Part shown: one piece after another, positions 39,901-63,277 of the stretch
Layout: each line of letters opens with the position of its first letter
How positions within the stretch are numbered: the first letter of the stretch is position 1
DNA from: Podarcis gaigeae
Taxonomy: Eukaryota
Length of the DNA: 64,000 bases
Strand: one strand, 5' to 3'
NCBI GenBank assembly: GCA_964106915.2
Contig: OZ066919.1
The notes under the pieces: model-generated
Seen by the model: the letters and a program-made list of their open reading frames with translations, nothing else
Told to the model about the DNA's origin: nothing
The model's database searches: none
Translations under genes and position numbers: made by a program

Positions 39901-41339
39901 GCGTATAGTAACCAAATGGCATTGGATGGGATGACAATAAGGCCTTGTGACATCTGACTGGGACCCAGCATGGTATGGTATTCTTGGGAAATCCAAGCCA
40001 CGCTGTCAGCTTTCTACAGCTGCAGCCTCTCCTTTCCCAAAGGGGGATGGTGCCACAATCTTTATTTTGGAGGAGGAAGGCAAGGAAGACACAACAATGG
40101 GTGTTAATTCAGGCTGCAAGTGTAGGATGCTAAACTTACCCAGAAAGGTCCTTGAGCCCTGGCTTGTCTCTGGAACAAGTACCTGCTGCTCATTGTGCTG
40201 TCCAGAATCATATATGACTGGCTCTGTGTCACATATCTGCCTGCCTTTTGCTCAGTTTCGTCTTCTGAGAGCCAGAGCCAGGGCTGCTCTGACTTGATGG
40301 AGCTGGGGAGAACCAAGGCAGAGCTATGGAAATCTGGGCCTGTGGGGTTCAAATGCCATGTCTGGAATAAATTATGGGAACTGAACACTGTACACAGAAT
40401 GTGGGTGGGTTTTCTCCACTCCCCTGCAAATTACAAGCAAAGTGGGCCTTTCTGCTTGTGACCCAAAAGTTATTCCCGCCCCCACCCCACTAAATACATT
40501 CCGTTAAAATGTTGGCAAACATGTGGACGGGCTTGCCTTGCTTGAATTAGGGTCTTTAATCAAGAGGTTATGAATATTCAGCTGTTAGCATATATTTCTA
40601 TTTGCAACATAATAGTTCCTTATCCTCACAACCAGCCTGATGCAACTGCTGTGATCACTGTTACCCACATTTTGCAGATGGAGGCCAAAATAATTATTTT
40701 GCACAAAGCTGCTGGTGAGGTTATTGCAGAAGTGGAGTTTGAACCATGCCCAGCACCCTATCCACAGGGTGGAAACTTCTGAATTCAGTCCTCTCTGGGT
40801 GCTGGTTGCTGAGTGGCTCCCACAAGGCTCAGTGACAACCCTCACCTCCCCACCAACTTTCTCTTCTGAATGCACTGCTATCCAGCACAGGTTGCTTCCA
40901 TGCTAAGGTCCTTAAGTACTCCAGAGATGTAGCTTTTTGCAGTCAGCTGGAAGTAGAACTAAACTGTGGTTCCATATAGCACTTAGGTAGCACTGTGTTT
41001 CCCGTAACACTCCTGCAATAGTCATTCTGACAGGGTCAGAAGACCATGCATGGAGGCAGCTGGTTATCATAGTTTTGTGGGAGCTGCCCTTGCACCCTAC
41101 TGCCCTTTCATGAGCATAGGGTGCAGGATTGCACTCTCTGTTCTTTCCGTGTTACTAAATGCTGGGGTATGACATAATCTGGCTTACTTCAAACGAAAGG
41201 TGGGGGCTCTGAGAGATGCAAATGATATTTTATATAGTCCCACTCACACTTCGTTTTATGTTGTCTTTAGAGAACATCTGATGGCTTTGACTCGGTCCCA
41301 CTGAAGACCTCCTCTGGCACCACTGACATGGATCTTTAG
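13817..41339 (+). CDS. ELAPOR1: Endosome/lysosome-associated apoptosis and autophagy regulator 1 (KIAA1324/EIG121), coding exons 2-22, 5'-partial
   Basis: join(13817-13937,15023-15215,22666-22813,23754-23834,23991-24096,24237-24386,26651-26739,27625-27802,28682-28810,29160-29250,29762-29867,30725-30862,31092-31349,32131-32304,33049-33229,34189-34285,35181-35282,36667-36793,37391-37569,38956-39121,41271-41339). All introns are GT-AG and phases are consistent; 2883 nt = 960 aa + TAG. Cys-rich lumenal repeats, TM helix [25 protein letters not shown], cytosolic YSKL motif and the C-terminus [19 protein letters not shown] match the family. Confidence 0.96.
15023..15215 (+). CDS. ELAPOR1: ELAPOR1 exon 3
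   Basis: tttcag|[42 protein letters not shown]...GNCS|gtgagt; 193 nt. Confidence 0.95.
17900..18430 (-). mobile_element. Decayed PIF/Harbinger transposase fragment (element probably extends about 17290-19170)
   Basis: Minus frame 18131-18051 reads [27 protein letters not shown], resembling YNxAHxxTRxxIERxFGxLKxRFRCL. Upstream frameshifted remnants EGANPLK..LM and ITDI...ARIF resemble DxAYPL..LM and FxDV...HDARIF. Confidence 0.55.
19530..19711 (-). mobile_element. Squam3-type SINE, degenerate
   Basis: ccaaggagtttaggttggcatacatgg...ccccattttac...caaggtcc..gaacttcatggct; same family as 10955-11181. Confidence 0.55.
22666..22813 (+). CDS. ELAPOR1: ELAPOR1 exon 4
   Basis: ttccag|[49 protein letters not shown]|gtatgt; 148 nt. 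Confidence 0.95.
23754..23834 (+). CDS. ELAPOR1: ELAPOR1 exon 5
   Basis: ttgcag|[27 protein letters not shown]|gtaagt; 81 nt. Confidence 0.93.
23991..24096 (+). CDS. ELAPOR1: ELAPOR1 exon 6
   Basis: ttgcag|[35 protein letters not shown]|gtttgt; 106 nt. Confidence 0.93.
24237..24386 (+). CDS. ELAPOR1: ELAPOR1 exon 7
   Basis: ccctag|[49 protein letters not shown]|gtaagc; 150 nt. Confidence 0.94.
24448..24625 (-). mobile_element. tRNA-Ala-derived SINE
   Basis: Reverse complement starts ..catagctcagtggta...ttgcatacagaaggtcccaagttcaatccccagcatc (A and B boxes), then a body shared with 35584 and 46322. Confidence 0.75.
24889..24929. repeat. (CA)n microsatellite
   Basis: About 20 perfect CA units. 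Confidence 0.95.
25831..25978 (-). mobile_element. tRNA-Lys(CTT)-headed SINE with CR1-derived tail
   Basis: Reverse complement gatagctaagttggtagaacatgagactcttaatctc...gggttcaagccccatgctgggc plus CR1 tail; same family as 11980. Confidence 0.8.
26651..26739 (+). CDS. ELAPOR1: ELAPOR1 exon 8
   Basis: ataaag|[29 protein letters not shown]|gtaatt; 89 nt. Confidence 0.92.
27625..27802 (+). CDS. ELAPOR1: ELAPOR1 exon 9
   Basis: caacag|[24 protein letters not shown]...[10 protein letters not shown]|gtaatg; 178 nt. Confidence 0.94.
28682..28810 (+). CDS. ELAPOR1: ELAPOR1 exon 10
   Basis: tctcag|[42 protein letters not shown]|gtatct; 129 nt. Confidence 0.94.
29160..29250 (+). CDS. ELAPOR1: ELAPOR1 exon 11
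   Basis: tttcag|[29 protein letters not shown]|gtgagt; 91 nt. Confidence 0.94.
29762..29867 (+). CDS. ELAPOR1: ELAPOR1 exon 12
   Basis: ttgcag|[35 protein letters not shown]|gtaagt; 106 nt. Confidence 0.94.
30725..30862 (+). CDS. ELAPOR1: ELAPOR1 exon 13
   Basis: tggtag|[46 protein letters not shown]|gtaggg; 138 nt. Confidence 0.94.
31092..31349 (+). CDS. ELAPOR1: ELAPOR1 exon 14
   Basis: ttctag|[33 protein letters not shown]...CGPGTKNNP|gtaata; 258 nt. Confidence 0.94.
32131..32304 (+). CDS. ELAPOR1: ELAPOR1 exon 15
   Basis: ccccag|IHSLCYSDC...[23 protein letters not shown]|gtaagt; 174 nt. Confidence 0.94.
33049..33229 (+). CDS. ELAPOR1: ELAPOR1 exon 16
   Basis: ctgaag|[13 protein letters not shown]...[12 protein letters not shown]|gtgaga; 181 nt. 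Confidence 0.92.
33361..33537 (-). mobile_element. CR1 LINE 3' end
   Basis: aatcatagaatcatagagttggaagg (reverse of the ATTCTATG terminal repeat) ...aaaacctccaatgaaggagagtcc. Confidence 0.8.
34189..34285 (+). CDS. ELAPOR1: ELAPOR1 exon 17
   Basis: ttgtag|[31 protein letters not shown]|gtaagc; 97 nt. Confidence 0.93.
34419..34600 (+). mobile_element. CR1 LINE 3' fragment
   Basis: gaggattgaacaaattcatgaagggataaagttatcaatggctactag...ttctgaataccagtt. Confidence 0.6.
35181..35282 (+). CDS. ELAPOR1: ELAPOR1 exon 18
   Basis: ttgcag|[33 protein letters not shown]|gtaagt; 102 nt. Confidence 0.93.
35584..35762 (+). mobile_element. tRNA-Ala(TGC)-derived SINE
   Basis: tgtagctcagtggtagagcatctgctttgcatgccaaaggtctctagttcagtccctggcatctcc followed by the SINE body, ending agcttcctgtgttc. 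Confidence 0.75.
36667..36793 (+). CDS. ELAPOR1: ELAPOR1 exon 19
   Basis: aaacag|[42 protein letters not shown]|gtaggg; 127 nt. Confidence 0.94.
37391..37569 (+). CDS. ELAPOR1: ELAPOR1 exon 20 (transmembrane segment)
   Basis: ccacag|[59 protein letters not shown]|gtgagt; 179 nt. Confidence 0.95.
38956..39121 (+). CDS. ELAPOR1: ELAPOR1 exon 21
   Basis: ttgaag|[55 protein letters not shown]|gtaagg; 166 nt. Confidence 0.95.
40615..40750 (-). mobile_element. Old MIR/CORE-like SINE fragment
   Basis: tatcctcacaacc...cccacattttgcagatggagg...gagtttgaacc. Confidence 0.4.
41271..41339 (+). CDS. ELAPOR1: ELAPOR1 exon 22 (last coding exon)
   Basis: ctttag|[25 protein letters not shown]; 69 nt. Confidence 0.94.
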   Translation, partial: RTSDGFDSVPLKTSSGTTDMDL

Positions 41340-44300
41340 GAATGGATTGCCCACCTCCCACGCCTTTCCTGCAGGATGCTTTGGGAGTTCTCCTTGGTTA
41401 ATCCCTGCACTTTGATGAACTTGCCATGTGGCCTTATTGGATACACTTTTAACTTCAGCTTCTTACTGTACTTTTTTAAAACCGAAAATTTTAACATTCC
41501 CTCCCGAAACAAAACCATGCCAAATACAACTGTGCTTTTAAAATTATATGTAGATATATATTTGTATGTTTTCCTGCGCTCCCTACCCACTCTTCTGTAA
41601 TGCTTTTGGGTTTTACCTTTCAACAAAAGTTGTTCTATGCTGGTGACAATAGCTGCATTTCCTCTCTCCCCTGACACCAGAAATGTGTAAAACAGCTCAA
41701 GATATCATTGCCATTAATTAAGTCAGCCCATTGAGACAGGCTCTTAAGGCTGCAATCCTTACCTGGGGGAAGTATATATGCACACAGCTGCTCTGTAAAT
41801 GTTCGTTTCATTTTAACACCAACTTGACTTTCGAAATACTTTCTCTGTGTACTAAAGCAGCAACAGTATTTTGTCAAAGAGTGGTGAGGCTTGCCTGCCT
41901 CATTAAGAACCCTTCAGAAGAGATACAATTTGGGCTCAAATTGCAAAGTTCTGCACTCCGCCAACCAGCCTCACTTTTATAGGATGACTGTTTCTTATGC
42001 CAGAGCAGTCTGCAATGACTTTGCAAGTGACAGTTCCATTAAAGGCTCCCTAAATTCTGTCATAGTAGAATCTGCATGTGGTCCAGGCTGGAAGGAGTAT
42101 ACTTCAATCATTTAGAAAGGGTATGATTTAAACATTGAAAAGATTATGGCCCAGAGTAGCTGGATTTTCCTCATCTGTTTTTATAGCAATGACTTATGGA
42201 GAAATTCTGTGCAGTCTTGCATCTTGTTTGTAGACCTTTAGTTTTAAAACAATAAGGGAATCATTTATCCCTGTGCTAACTTTCTCCAATACTTGAAAAC
42301 CCTTATCCTAGGATATTGAGGCAGGAGGTGTTATTTTTTATGTGACTTCAGAATTACCATCCAGGAAAATGTGTGCCTATTGTCCGTGCCCCATTAGAAA
42401 ACTTTCCTTTGGAGAAGCAAAAGTATAATACTTTACACAATATCAAGAATCAGGCGAATCTTCCAGCACAATTATCCTGCATGAACATCAAAAGAATTAA
42501 TACTTACCGTACTTCTTTTCAAGTTATGTGAATTACAGGTGCTAGATCTGTGGCTGTGATTATCAAGTATGCCATGGCAAATAGAGGCTGGAGAATTACA
42601 GTCAATCATTTCCCTGTCAGGCCCAAGGATGAGTGGAAAAGCTTTTAGAAAAAAACCTCTCGACCATGAATCACAGAATTCAGCTTAAAGCAAATCCAGC
42701 TCCTCAACTTTCACTGGGGAAATAGGTAACATGTTTATCATTTTATGCAATTTCCTTGCCTGATCTTTATCCAGAAATATCCCTTCCTACCCCTGGACAG
42801 CCCTCTGTTGCTGTTTTTTTTACAATTCTTCCTCATGTAATTTTGTGCAGGCCTAGGCATGCAGATTTTTTATTTGCCAAACAGTGAAGAAATAATTAGG
42901 TTTTGGTTTTAATAGCCAGTGTTATATCCAAACACAGCCACTGAATACATTACAAATGGCTGCTCCTAAATTCAGTCAACATTACTGACAACTGCCAAGC
43001 CAGTGTTGACTGATTTCATCTCTCTGTTTGTTTTGGCAGGTTAAAATAGCCTTTAGTATAAAGCACTTCAATGAAGAAAAATACAGAAACCCAGCTCCTC
43101 CTTTCAGTCATTCAGTTTTAATTCCAATGACATTACTCTTGGTTCTGCTTTCAGTAACTTTCTTAATTTCCACACACTCTACTTTTCTATCTATATTGTA
43201 CAAGTGTTAAACAACAACAACTTACCTTTAGAGCAGCTGGGAGGAATTTGTACAACTGCAGGTAAGGAGGGCTAACCTTGGCTTAGGTTGACTTTAGTTT
43301 ATTGGGATTTGTAATTCTGTTGCTTTTCCTTCAAGAGAAGAAATTAAAGATGGCAGTGGGCAGTGTTATAGGTTATGGGAAATGGAGTAATTGAGGAGCT
43401 GCCATATATGGTGGATGGGCTGCATTTTACTTGGTGAGTTACCCTGCGGAGGCTTGTGGATGTTTTTCCCCTTAGCATAATGCTGCTTACATCAACAGTG
43501 AAATGTCACCGTACCATAAACTTTGATATATGTCCATGTAGCTTTTTTACGGTCAGATTTCAGGCTATTCCTTGGAAGAGGAGTAGATTTATTTCTTCAC
43601 CAGTGAATCCTGTGACTATGAAACCAATCCAGCAGCTAGCTTCCCCTAGTGCTAAATGACACTGCTACCTGTTTTCAATCAGAAGGAAAATGGATTTATT
43701 TTACTTGGAAAGTACTCCAAAGCTATGGCCTAAGGAAGCCTGAGATGCTCATCAGAGGATGAGAAAACTGACCTAAAGAGACACGAAAGAGAAACTGGCC
43801 CTTTTTAATATATTGACACATCTGAAAATCTCTGGGCTCTGGTTCCATCGTTTACACAAGAAAGATATATTCAGGGACAGCCAGGAATAGTTAAACTACT
43901 ACTGTGGAAAGTGGCACCCTGTTGTCAAGATCCAGGATAGGGGATAATAAGCTGTTGATAAATTGCCAGTGGTGAAGAAGGTGTTGATGGATAGCTTCCC
44001 CATTGCTTACGACAATTAGAAAGAAAGGTTAAGAGAAACTTGGGGCAGTTTCCAAAACAAGTTCTTATGCAAACAGAACCAGAAGCACAGAGCTAGTACT
44101 AGGCAGAAAGAATACCATAAAGAGATGTGTAAGTCCAGAGTCTATTGCAGAGGTCAGCTTACCTAAGCATCTCACATCAAGCTGAAAAAGCTTATTTTCA
44201 CCCTCTGCTGTTTATGCTAAAGAGAAGAAACAAAAGCAGCAACAAATCCTTTGGGATGATTCTGCGGCTTTGTTAACACATAGACTTAATGTTTGTATGT

Positions 44301-44526
44301 CTGTCATTTGTTCAATAGTGTAAGGGGGGGGGGAGAGAGAGACAAGGGGGAGGGGCACTTGCACCAGCCACAATCTAGATAGGGTGAAAAGTAGACCTTA
44401 AAGATCAGGAAACATTTTATTAAGAATGTAAGTGGTGCAAAAAACCCCCCACAAAATCTTTGGTTTGGAAAATTAGATGTTTTGTCGGAATGGTAAAGGC
44501 AACAATTCACTTGGTTGGGCATGCAA

Positions 44527-44693
44527 ACATAAGAGCAGTCCTGCTGGGTCAAGCCAAAGGCCCATCTCCTCCAGCTTCATGTTCTCATCATGGCCAAACC
44601 ATAGGCTTCCAGGAAGCCTGCAAGCAGCACCTAAGCACAGCAACAACAGTTGTTTCCCAGCAACATGCAGCATCTGACAGTGGAGGTGGGACA
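44527..44693 (-). mobile_element. CR1 LINE 3' end, degenerate
   Basis: aacataagagcagtcctgctgggtcaagccaaaggcccatct..tccagc. Confidence 0.55.
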
Positions 44694-46321
44694 TGGAGAG
44701 TAGGTGGACATCCAGAATAACACATTTGCAACTTTTCCTTGGTTCTGTCCTGCAACATCACCTAGTCAAACACATTCAACCACTTCATACCACTGGGGCT
44801 GATGAAACGGGGAGTGAGAAGATAATCTTATGGTCAGGCAGTGGGTATTTTGTAGCCCAACTTTTGAATAAATTCATGGTTGAGCAGTAAGCAGGAGGTG
44901 CAGCGAGGATGTGGAGTTTTAGCAGCAACACCTTTAAAAGATTCAGTGCCATTCTCACCCCAGATTGTATTACTTGCTCCCCAAAGGGGGCTAATCCAAG
45001 AGTAATGCTTGTTTTTATTTGTTTAACTCCTATACTTATTATTGAGGGTAGGAAGTATCCAGACTTTCTGACCTGTGCCATTTATATGAGTTTACAGCAG
45101 TGGCCCTTCTCTAATTCTCTGGACTTGCTCTTAAATTTAATTCAGAGCATCAAGTGAAATCAGAAGGGTACTTTTGACGATTTCATAGAATCACTGCTTC
45201 TGTTTTTGTATGAAGTTGTGATTTATTATTCTGGCTTTTTGTCTTTGCTATATTTTGTATATGCTTGAAACTATTTATGGATTAAACCGATATCTGTAAG
45301 CTTTGATTGACATACCAGATATGTTGTTGTCCTAGCAGCAATCTTCAAGGACTTTCATTGTTTGTGTGGACTAGGTTATAAGTGCTATTCAGGGACTACA
45401 ATATGATACCTTTCTTACATGGATGACAATGATTTTTTGCAACTCTGTATGTTACAGAATTGATTGGATTATATTTATATAACTGTGTTTTTTCAGCTTT
45501 GTGACGATAAACTGCAGGTTAACTTGCTCTGTATGCAAAATGGGCTGGGTTCCTTTTATATATGATTTTAATAGAATTTAATAGTTTCTAGAGGCAAGAA
45601 TTGCATGTACATTTTTGGGGTTAAAAACAATAACACTTCTGAACTCGTCTGATCTCTCTCTTGCTTGGAGTGATATAAGGGAGATGAAGTAAAGGTGCAG
45701 AACTCTCACTATTGCATCATTTATAACAATTAAACAGCATAAAAATTAAATAGGATCTGCTTTACATCAAGATGAATTAACCATCTAGCTCAATTTTAAT
45801 GGGTCTGCTATTGATTTAAATGGGTCTACTATTGAGTATCTCTGGCTGTGCTAACTGGCAGCATGTTGTGGAATCTTAATTTTTTTCTGGCCCATCTATG
45901 TGAGATTGTGTTTAATGGAAAATACTGTACTGTGGTTTGAAGCTGGGACACTATTCTTATAAACCACATGCTCTGCCGCTGTGTTATGGTCCCACCATAA
46001 CACCCAAAGCATCTATACTGCCAGTCCTTAAATGCCTCCTTTCTCTGTATTGTTAGTTCTGTTGGTCTCACAGAATAAGAAACATTTAAGTGAAACAAAC
46101 AAACACAAAAAAGCATGGGGCATGAATTTGCTTAACCATTGCTTTTACAAGTGTGCTGTGTATTAGTATGCACCTTAAAGCTGAAGGGTCTTGAAATATT
46201 CTCCTTTTATACTATTATGAATTTGGTCATGGTAATGGGCACTCTGGCAGAACACACAAAAGCAACCAACAGGCCTCTTCTCATTGAAACCCATTCTGAA
46301 CTTGCAACTTGGTTTTATTAG

Positions 46322-46511
46322 AAACATGAAAAGCTGTATTGTACCCAGTCAGGCCAGTGTTCAACTGAGTTCAGTACTGTCTACATGGATTGGCAGTGGG
46401 CTCAAGCACTGCCCAAAGAAAGTCTTCTGCAGCCCTACTGAAGATACCAGGGATTGAGATCTCTCCCCGTTTATATGCCAAGCATATGTTCCACCAGTGA
46501 GCTACATCCCT
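46322..46511 (-). mobile_element. tRNA-Ala-derived SINE, degenerate
   Basis: Colinear with 24448-24625 (agctg...gtcaggcca...tactgtctac...gcagtgg...cagccctac...ccagggattga...ccagtgagctacatccc). Confidence 0.6.
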
Positions 46512-47155
46512 TCTGCTAGTGGTGTATAAATATGGCAACTAACATTTAACCCACTGGTTTATTATATATGCTATAATCAACATCATTCTTGGAAATAGCT
46601 TTAAAGGTAGGTCTTCTATTTATACAAGTGGAAACAAGACCTTGTAACAGCTAATGGTTTGAGATACGGAAAAGAATTGTTTTATTGTGCACATCCAATA
46701 AAATAGTCAGGTCCTCTAGATAAAAAAAAGGGTCAAGAGCAATTAGCTTAAATGCTAGAACTGTTCTTTTTTATTAATGTTTCCTGAACCATTAGGCTTC
46801 ATAAAAGGCTGCTTTTTCAATGCTGTTGTGATGTTGTGCATGCTACCATTTTACCTTTTAAAAAAATTTAACACATGTAGCACTTCTTGCTTTAGCAACA
46901 ACCAAAGCTGCAAGTTGTACAAATTCAAAACAGTTGCAAGGCATTTGTAGCATCTTGAGACATGTCCTAAATGGGGAGGTGACAACCTGATGACTTTGGG
47001 CCCATTTGGAAGGAAGGGCAGGATCACTGAGCTCCATGAGATTGCAGTAAACCTAGTAATGCTCTCCCTGAAACAGGGAGTGCAAGTATTAAAACAATTG
47101 TTGTCCATCCAGGCCAGCTATGTGTTGGAAAGCATAGGATCAGATTATTGTTATT

Positions 47156-47278
47156 TCATAGAATTGCAGAATTGAAAGGGATCCTAAGGGTTATCTGGTC
47201 GAATCCCCTCCAATGCAGAATCATACCTGACAAATGGCCACTCAACATCTGCTTAAAAACCTCAAAGGAAGGAGAGTT
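47156..47278 (-). mobile_element. CR1 LINE 3' end
   Basis: tcatagaattgcagaattgaaagggatcc...ctgacaaatggcca...aaaacctcaaaggaaggagag; same family as 33361 and 62762. Confidence 0.7.
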
Positions 47279-48096
47279 TTCCCTTGAGTACCAGAGACTA
47301 AGAGTGTCTTTGTAACAGCTGTATTTACCAATAGGGACTGGGCCATGGTGGTGCTGTGGTCTAAACCAGTGGTTCTGAATTAGCTAATTACTGATGACCC
47401 CTTATCTTTCAAAAGCCAAGTTATGGACCCCCTACTTTTGAAAAAAATTGATAACTATGGTAGTTACCTGTGCAAAGCAATTTTTTGAAGAAAATGTGGG
47501 GCAGCCCCTAATAAGCAAATAATTTTAGGTATACTAAAAACAACAACACAAGACCATAACATTTGTGATCTTACTACAAATTGCCTATCCCCAGACAGTG
47601 GGTAAAACTTGTCTTTATTGCTCCACTACAACTGAATAATGGAATTGTGTCCCTAACTTGCTCGTTGACTCACAGTGCTCAAACCAGCCATCTGGGGGTT
47701 CCCAAGTCCTCACTGGGCTCTTACCTTCACATAGCTGTCAACGTTTCCCTTTTGCAAAGGGAAATTCCCTTATTCCGAATAGGATTCCTCGCAAGAAAAG
47801 GGGAAAGTTGACAGCTATGTATCTTCAGCGTTAGCAATTGCTGCTACAGTACAATGTTACCCAGCCCGCCCTCGAGCTCTCCTTTACTCTCTTTCTCTTC
47901 TGCGCTGTATGCTGGTCTAGCTTTGTAACCCTGACGAGCCCGCCCTCGGCACGGAAGCCTGAAAGGCTGCTCCTGCCTGGACCATCCCAGCTCCGCCTGA
48001 GCAAGCGCCACGCTTAGCGCGTGCCCTCCGAGTGGCGCTCTAAACACCCAACGCCCGCCCTGCGCGAGGCTCCTCCTCCTTTACGTCGGAATCTTC

Positions 48097-48149
48097 TGCG
48101 CACGCGCAGCGCCTTTCCCACGCCCCTCCGCGCTCGCAGTGCGCACGCG
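48097..48149. promoter_or_regulatory. Tandem NRF1-type motifs
   Basis: TGCGCACGCGCA at 48097-48108 fits the YGCGCAYGCGCR consensus; TGCGCACGCG at 48140-48149; both are about 120-170 nt upstream of the SARS1 ATG. Confidence 0.7.
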
Positions 48150-48269
48150 TGGCCTCGCCGGGCTCTCCTCCTGTCGTTTTGCGCCGGGCGGGCTGTCGAG
48201 CGTCTTCCTCTGTCCTGAGCCGGCGCCGCTCCCTCGCCTCTCGGCTTCCAGTCGCTGCCCTCCGGCGCC

Positions 48270-60611
<12,342 letters not shown>

Positions 60612-61102
60612 AAGGGATCTATGTGTTACTTTTTCTGAGATTGCACAGTTTAGTGCATAAAGCTGCAGGGGGTCCTGGATATGAATTCCTGCTTTGTCTC
60701 ATCCCTCCTGTCACCATGGGCAAGTTACTTTTTTCCATCTCGGCTTCCACCCTCTGTAGCCTGGGAAGATGTTCCTTCCCATGCTGGCTCTGAGGATCCA
60801 CTGGTGTTTGTTTTCACATTGAATGTGGAAAGCACTAGAGGTGCTGACCCAGAAGTCTGTATGTCTTACATTATGTTAATTATCCACGGAAACAGTTTCT
60901 ATTCAAACCCCTAGTTGCAAATCCAAGCAGAGGGAACAAACTGCTATATCATGTTTATTTGCTGAAAATCTCTGCTGAGCAGAAGCAACACTGGGATAAA
61001 GCAAAGATCAAAAGGGAAAATAAGTATAGGCATGTGGCGTTTTACTGTAAAGACAGTCTTTGCTTAGTCATAGGATTTTACCCGATATGGTGGCACTCGA
61101 TG

Positions 61103-61108
61103 AATAAA
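61103..61108 (+). terminator. SARS1 polyadenylation signal
   Basis: AATAAA about 490 nt after the stop, followed by a T/GT-rich tract (ttttctcatttgtattttatg). Confidence 0.75.
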
Positions 61109-62079
61109 GCAAGCATTGAAAAAATGATGCTTTTCTCATTTGTATTTTATGACTTCTGTATTTCTTGGATTCCTTTAACAACATTGCTTGTGTCTGCTCG
61201 CATATGAAGTGGACTGTTTTACACAGATGTGTAAGCGGCCATAGTTTGCAGATATGAAATGCAGGTTAATAGAACCTAACTTTTTGTTTTGTGTTAGTAC
61301 TGGCTTATTAGCTGTATGCCTTCAAATACATTTGTGCAGTACTTCCATGTCATCATAATAACTTTGCCTGTATCTTCCATTTACCTCAGTTATCCGTAAT
61401 TTTCTGGATATTTAATTCATTCAAATTGTAATATTTAATAATATCTGTGGAATTTGCATAGCAAAAAGGAGTCCCATATCAGATGAAAGATAGAAATTGA
61501 GAGGGCATGTCACCAAGCTTTTAGCACCCTAGGATGCAATTAATCTGGTCCTAAAGACTTGAACTCATCTAACATAGATGAGTATTTCCTGGCCAGCTCC
61601 TTGTCAATCTGGAATTTCAATCCTACCCTCTTAACTGTTCAGGTTACCTATATGAGATTGCACAGGGTTCCTCTTTGGAGAGAAAACACAAAGGTAAATA
61701 GGAGTTGAGCAATTAGTTGACCAAACACTAAGCAATTATCTGGAGAAGGTGGAATGTCCAGGGATCTTCCATTCATATCAGAGGTGAAGAAACAGCATTT
61801 TACAAGCTTCAAACAGCAATTTCCTTGCTGGGAAAATTTCCTACCATCTCCAAACTTCCATTCCTTTTTTATGTATCTTTGGGTTGTGTTGACCTATCAA
61901 TATCTGACATCACCAACAAAACACTCCTTCCACTCCAGTGCACTTAAAAAAATCATCAAGGATTTTCTTTCCTTTAATGTAGCCTTTTCAATAACCTGAA
62001 AGAAATTATCAGATCAACAGTAGGAGGGACCTTTTTGAGCTACCCAGGGGGAAATTGGTCCGTTAATCCAATTACATCT

Positions 62080-62206
62080 ACTCGAGTATCTGAAGAAGTG
62101 TGCATGTACACAAAAGCTTATACCCAGAACAAACTTAGTTGATCTCGTAAGGTGCTACTGGACAATTTTTATCGACTGCGTCAGACCAATACGGCTACCT
62201 ACCTGA
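62080..62206 (+). mobile_element. Penelope-like element terminal-repeat fragment with a degenerate hammerhead motif
   Basis: tctgaagaagtgtgcatgtacacaaaagcttatacc...ttagttgatctc.taaggtgctactgga...cagaccaatacggctacctacctga, recognisable as a lizard Penelope end. Confidence 0.7.
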
Positions 62207-62761
62207 GCAGAACATCCTTGGAGACAACCCCATGTCTTTTTAGGCAAGAGGCTGCAAAAGGGCCAGAATTTTCCCCTAGAAGTAAGTTTGAGAGGCATGC
62301 TTTCGTCTTACCAGCTGGTGGCAGTAGAGACACCATTTCTCCATCATTTGTGCTTTCCCTTTCATACAAAAGGCAAAGAAATCCCTGTTGGTTGATAAGG
62401 ATGGGAAACCTTTGAGTCAGACAATTATGTTTATCAGGACCAACCAGTATGTCACAATATAGCTAGCTCTCCAATAACTCTCTATTAGACAAGCTGTTAA
62501 ACTCGTGCAGTGAGAGGGGAAAGGGTACCCCTGATTGATGTTGTACCCACAAAGTCTGCATTTAGTCATGGTCTTAAGATTAAAGTAAGAGGAAATACCA
62601 AAGTTGCAGTTGCTAAGTCCAACTTAATTCAGTAGGATTTCCTCCCAGGTAAATCAGTGTAAGATGCAGCCTGTTCGTGCCTAATCGTGCTGCTGATGAG
62701 CAGAAAAAATACAGTTTCTTAAATAGTTTCCTAGATTGAAAAAAACAGAACAGAAATAGTG

Positions 62762-63080
62762 GAATCATAGAATTTTAGAGTTGGAAGGTGTCCCAAGAGT
62801 CATCTAGTCCAACTCCCTGCTATGCAGGAACCTCAACTAAAGCATCCATGACAAATGGCCATCCAGCCTTTGCTTCAAAATCTCCAAGGAAGGAGAGTCC
62901 ACAACCTCTTGAGGGAGACTGTTCCACTGTCAGACAACTCTTAACTGTCAGAAAGTTTTTCCTGATGTTTAGTTGGAATCTCCTCTCTTGTAACTTGAAT
63001 CTATTGGTTTGAGTCCTGTCCTCCAAAGCAGGAGAAAACAAACTTGTTCCCTCTTCCATATGACAGCCCTCAAGATGGCT
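62762..63080 (-). mobile_element. CR1 LINE, ORF2 C-terminus plus 3' UTR, 5'-truncated
   Basis: Minus frame HLEGCHMEEGTSLFSPALEDRTQTNRFKLQERRFQLNIRKNFLTV is typical of the CR1 ORF2 end; terminal gaatcatagaat. Confidence 0.88.
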
Positions 63081-63083
63081 ATA

Positions 63084-63277
63084 GATGTTGGGAAAGATTG
63101 AGGGCAAAAGGAGACGGGGATGACGGAGGACGAAATGGTTGGACAGTGTTCTCAAAGCTACCAGCATAAGTTTGACCAAACTGCGGGAGGCAGTGGAAGA
63201 CAGAAGTGCCTGGCATGCTCTGGTCCATCGGGTCACGAAGAGTCGGACACGACTAAATGACTAAACAACAACAACAA
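63084..63277 (+). mobile_element. RTE Bov-B LINE 3' end, 5'-truncated
   Basis: MLGKIEGKRRRG*RRTKWLDSVLKATSISLTKLREAVEDRSAWHALVHRVTKSRTRLND* followed by a (CAA)n tail. Confidence 0.88.

Noticed and set aside
41340-46702. ELAPOR1 polyadenylation site
   Set aside because: The candidates (ATTAAA near 42038, AATAAA at 44867 and 46697) cannot be ranked from sequence alone.
62820-63236. 138-aa minus-strand ORF as a gene
   Set aside because: It is a chimera of antisense Bov-B and the CR1 ORF2 end.
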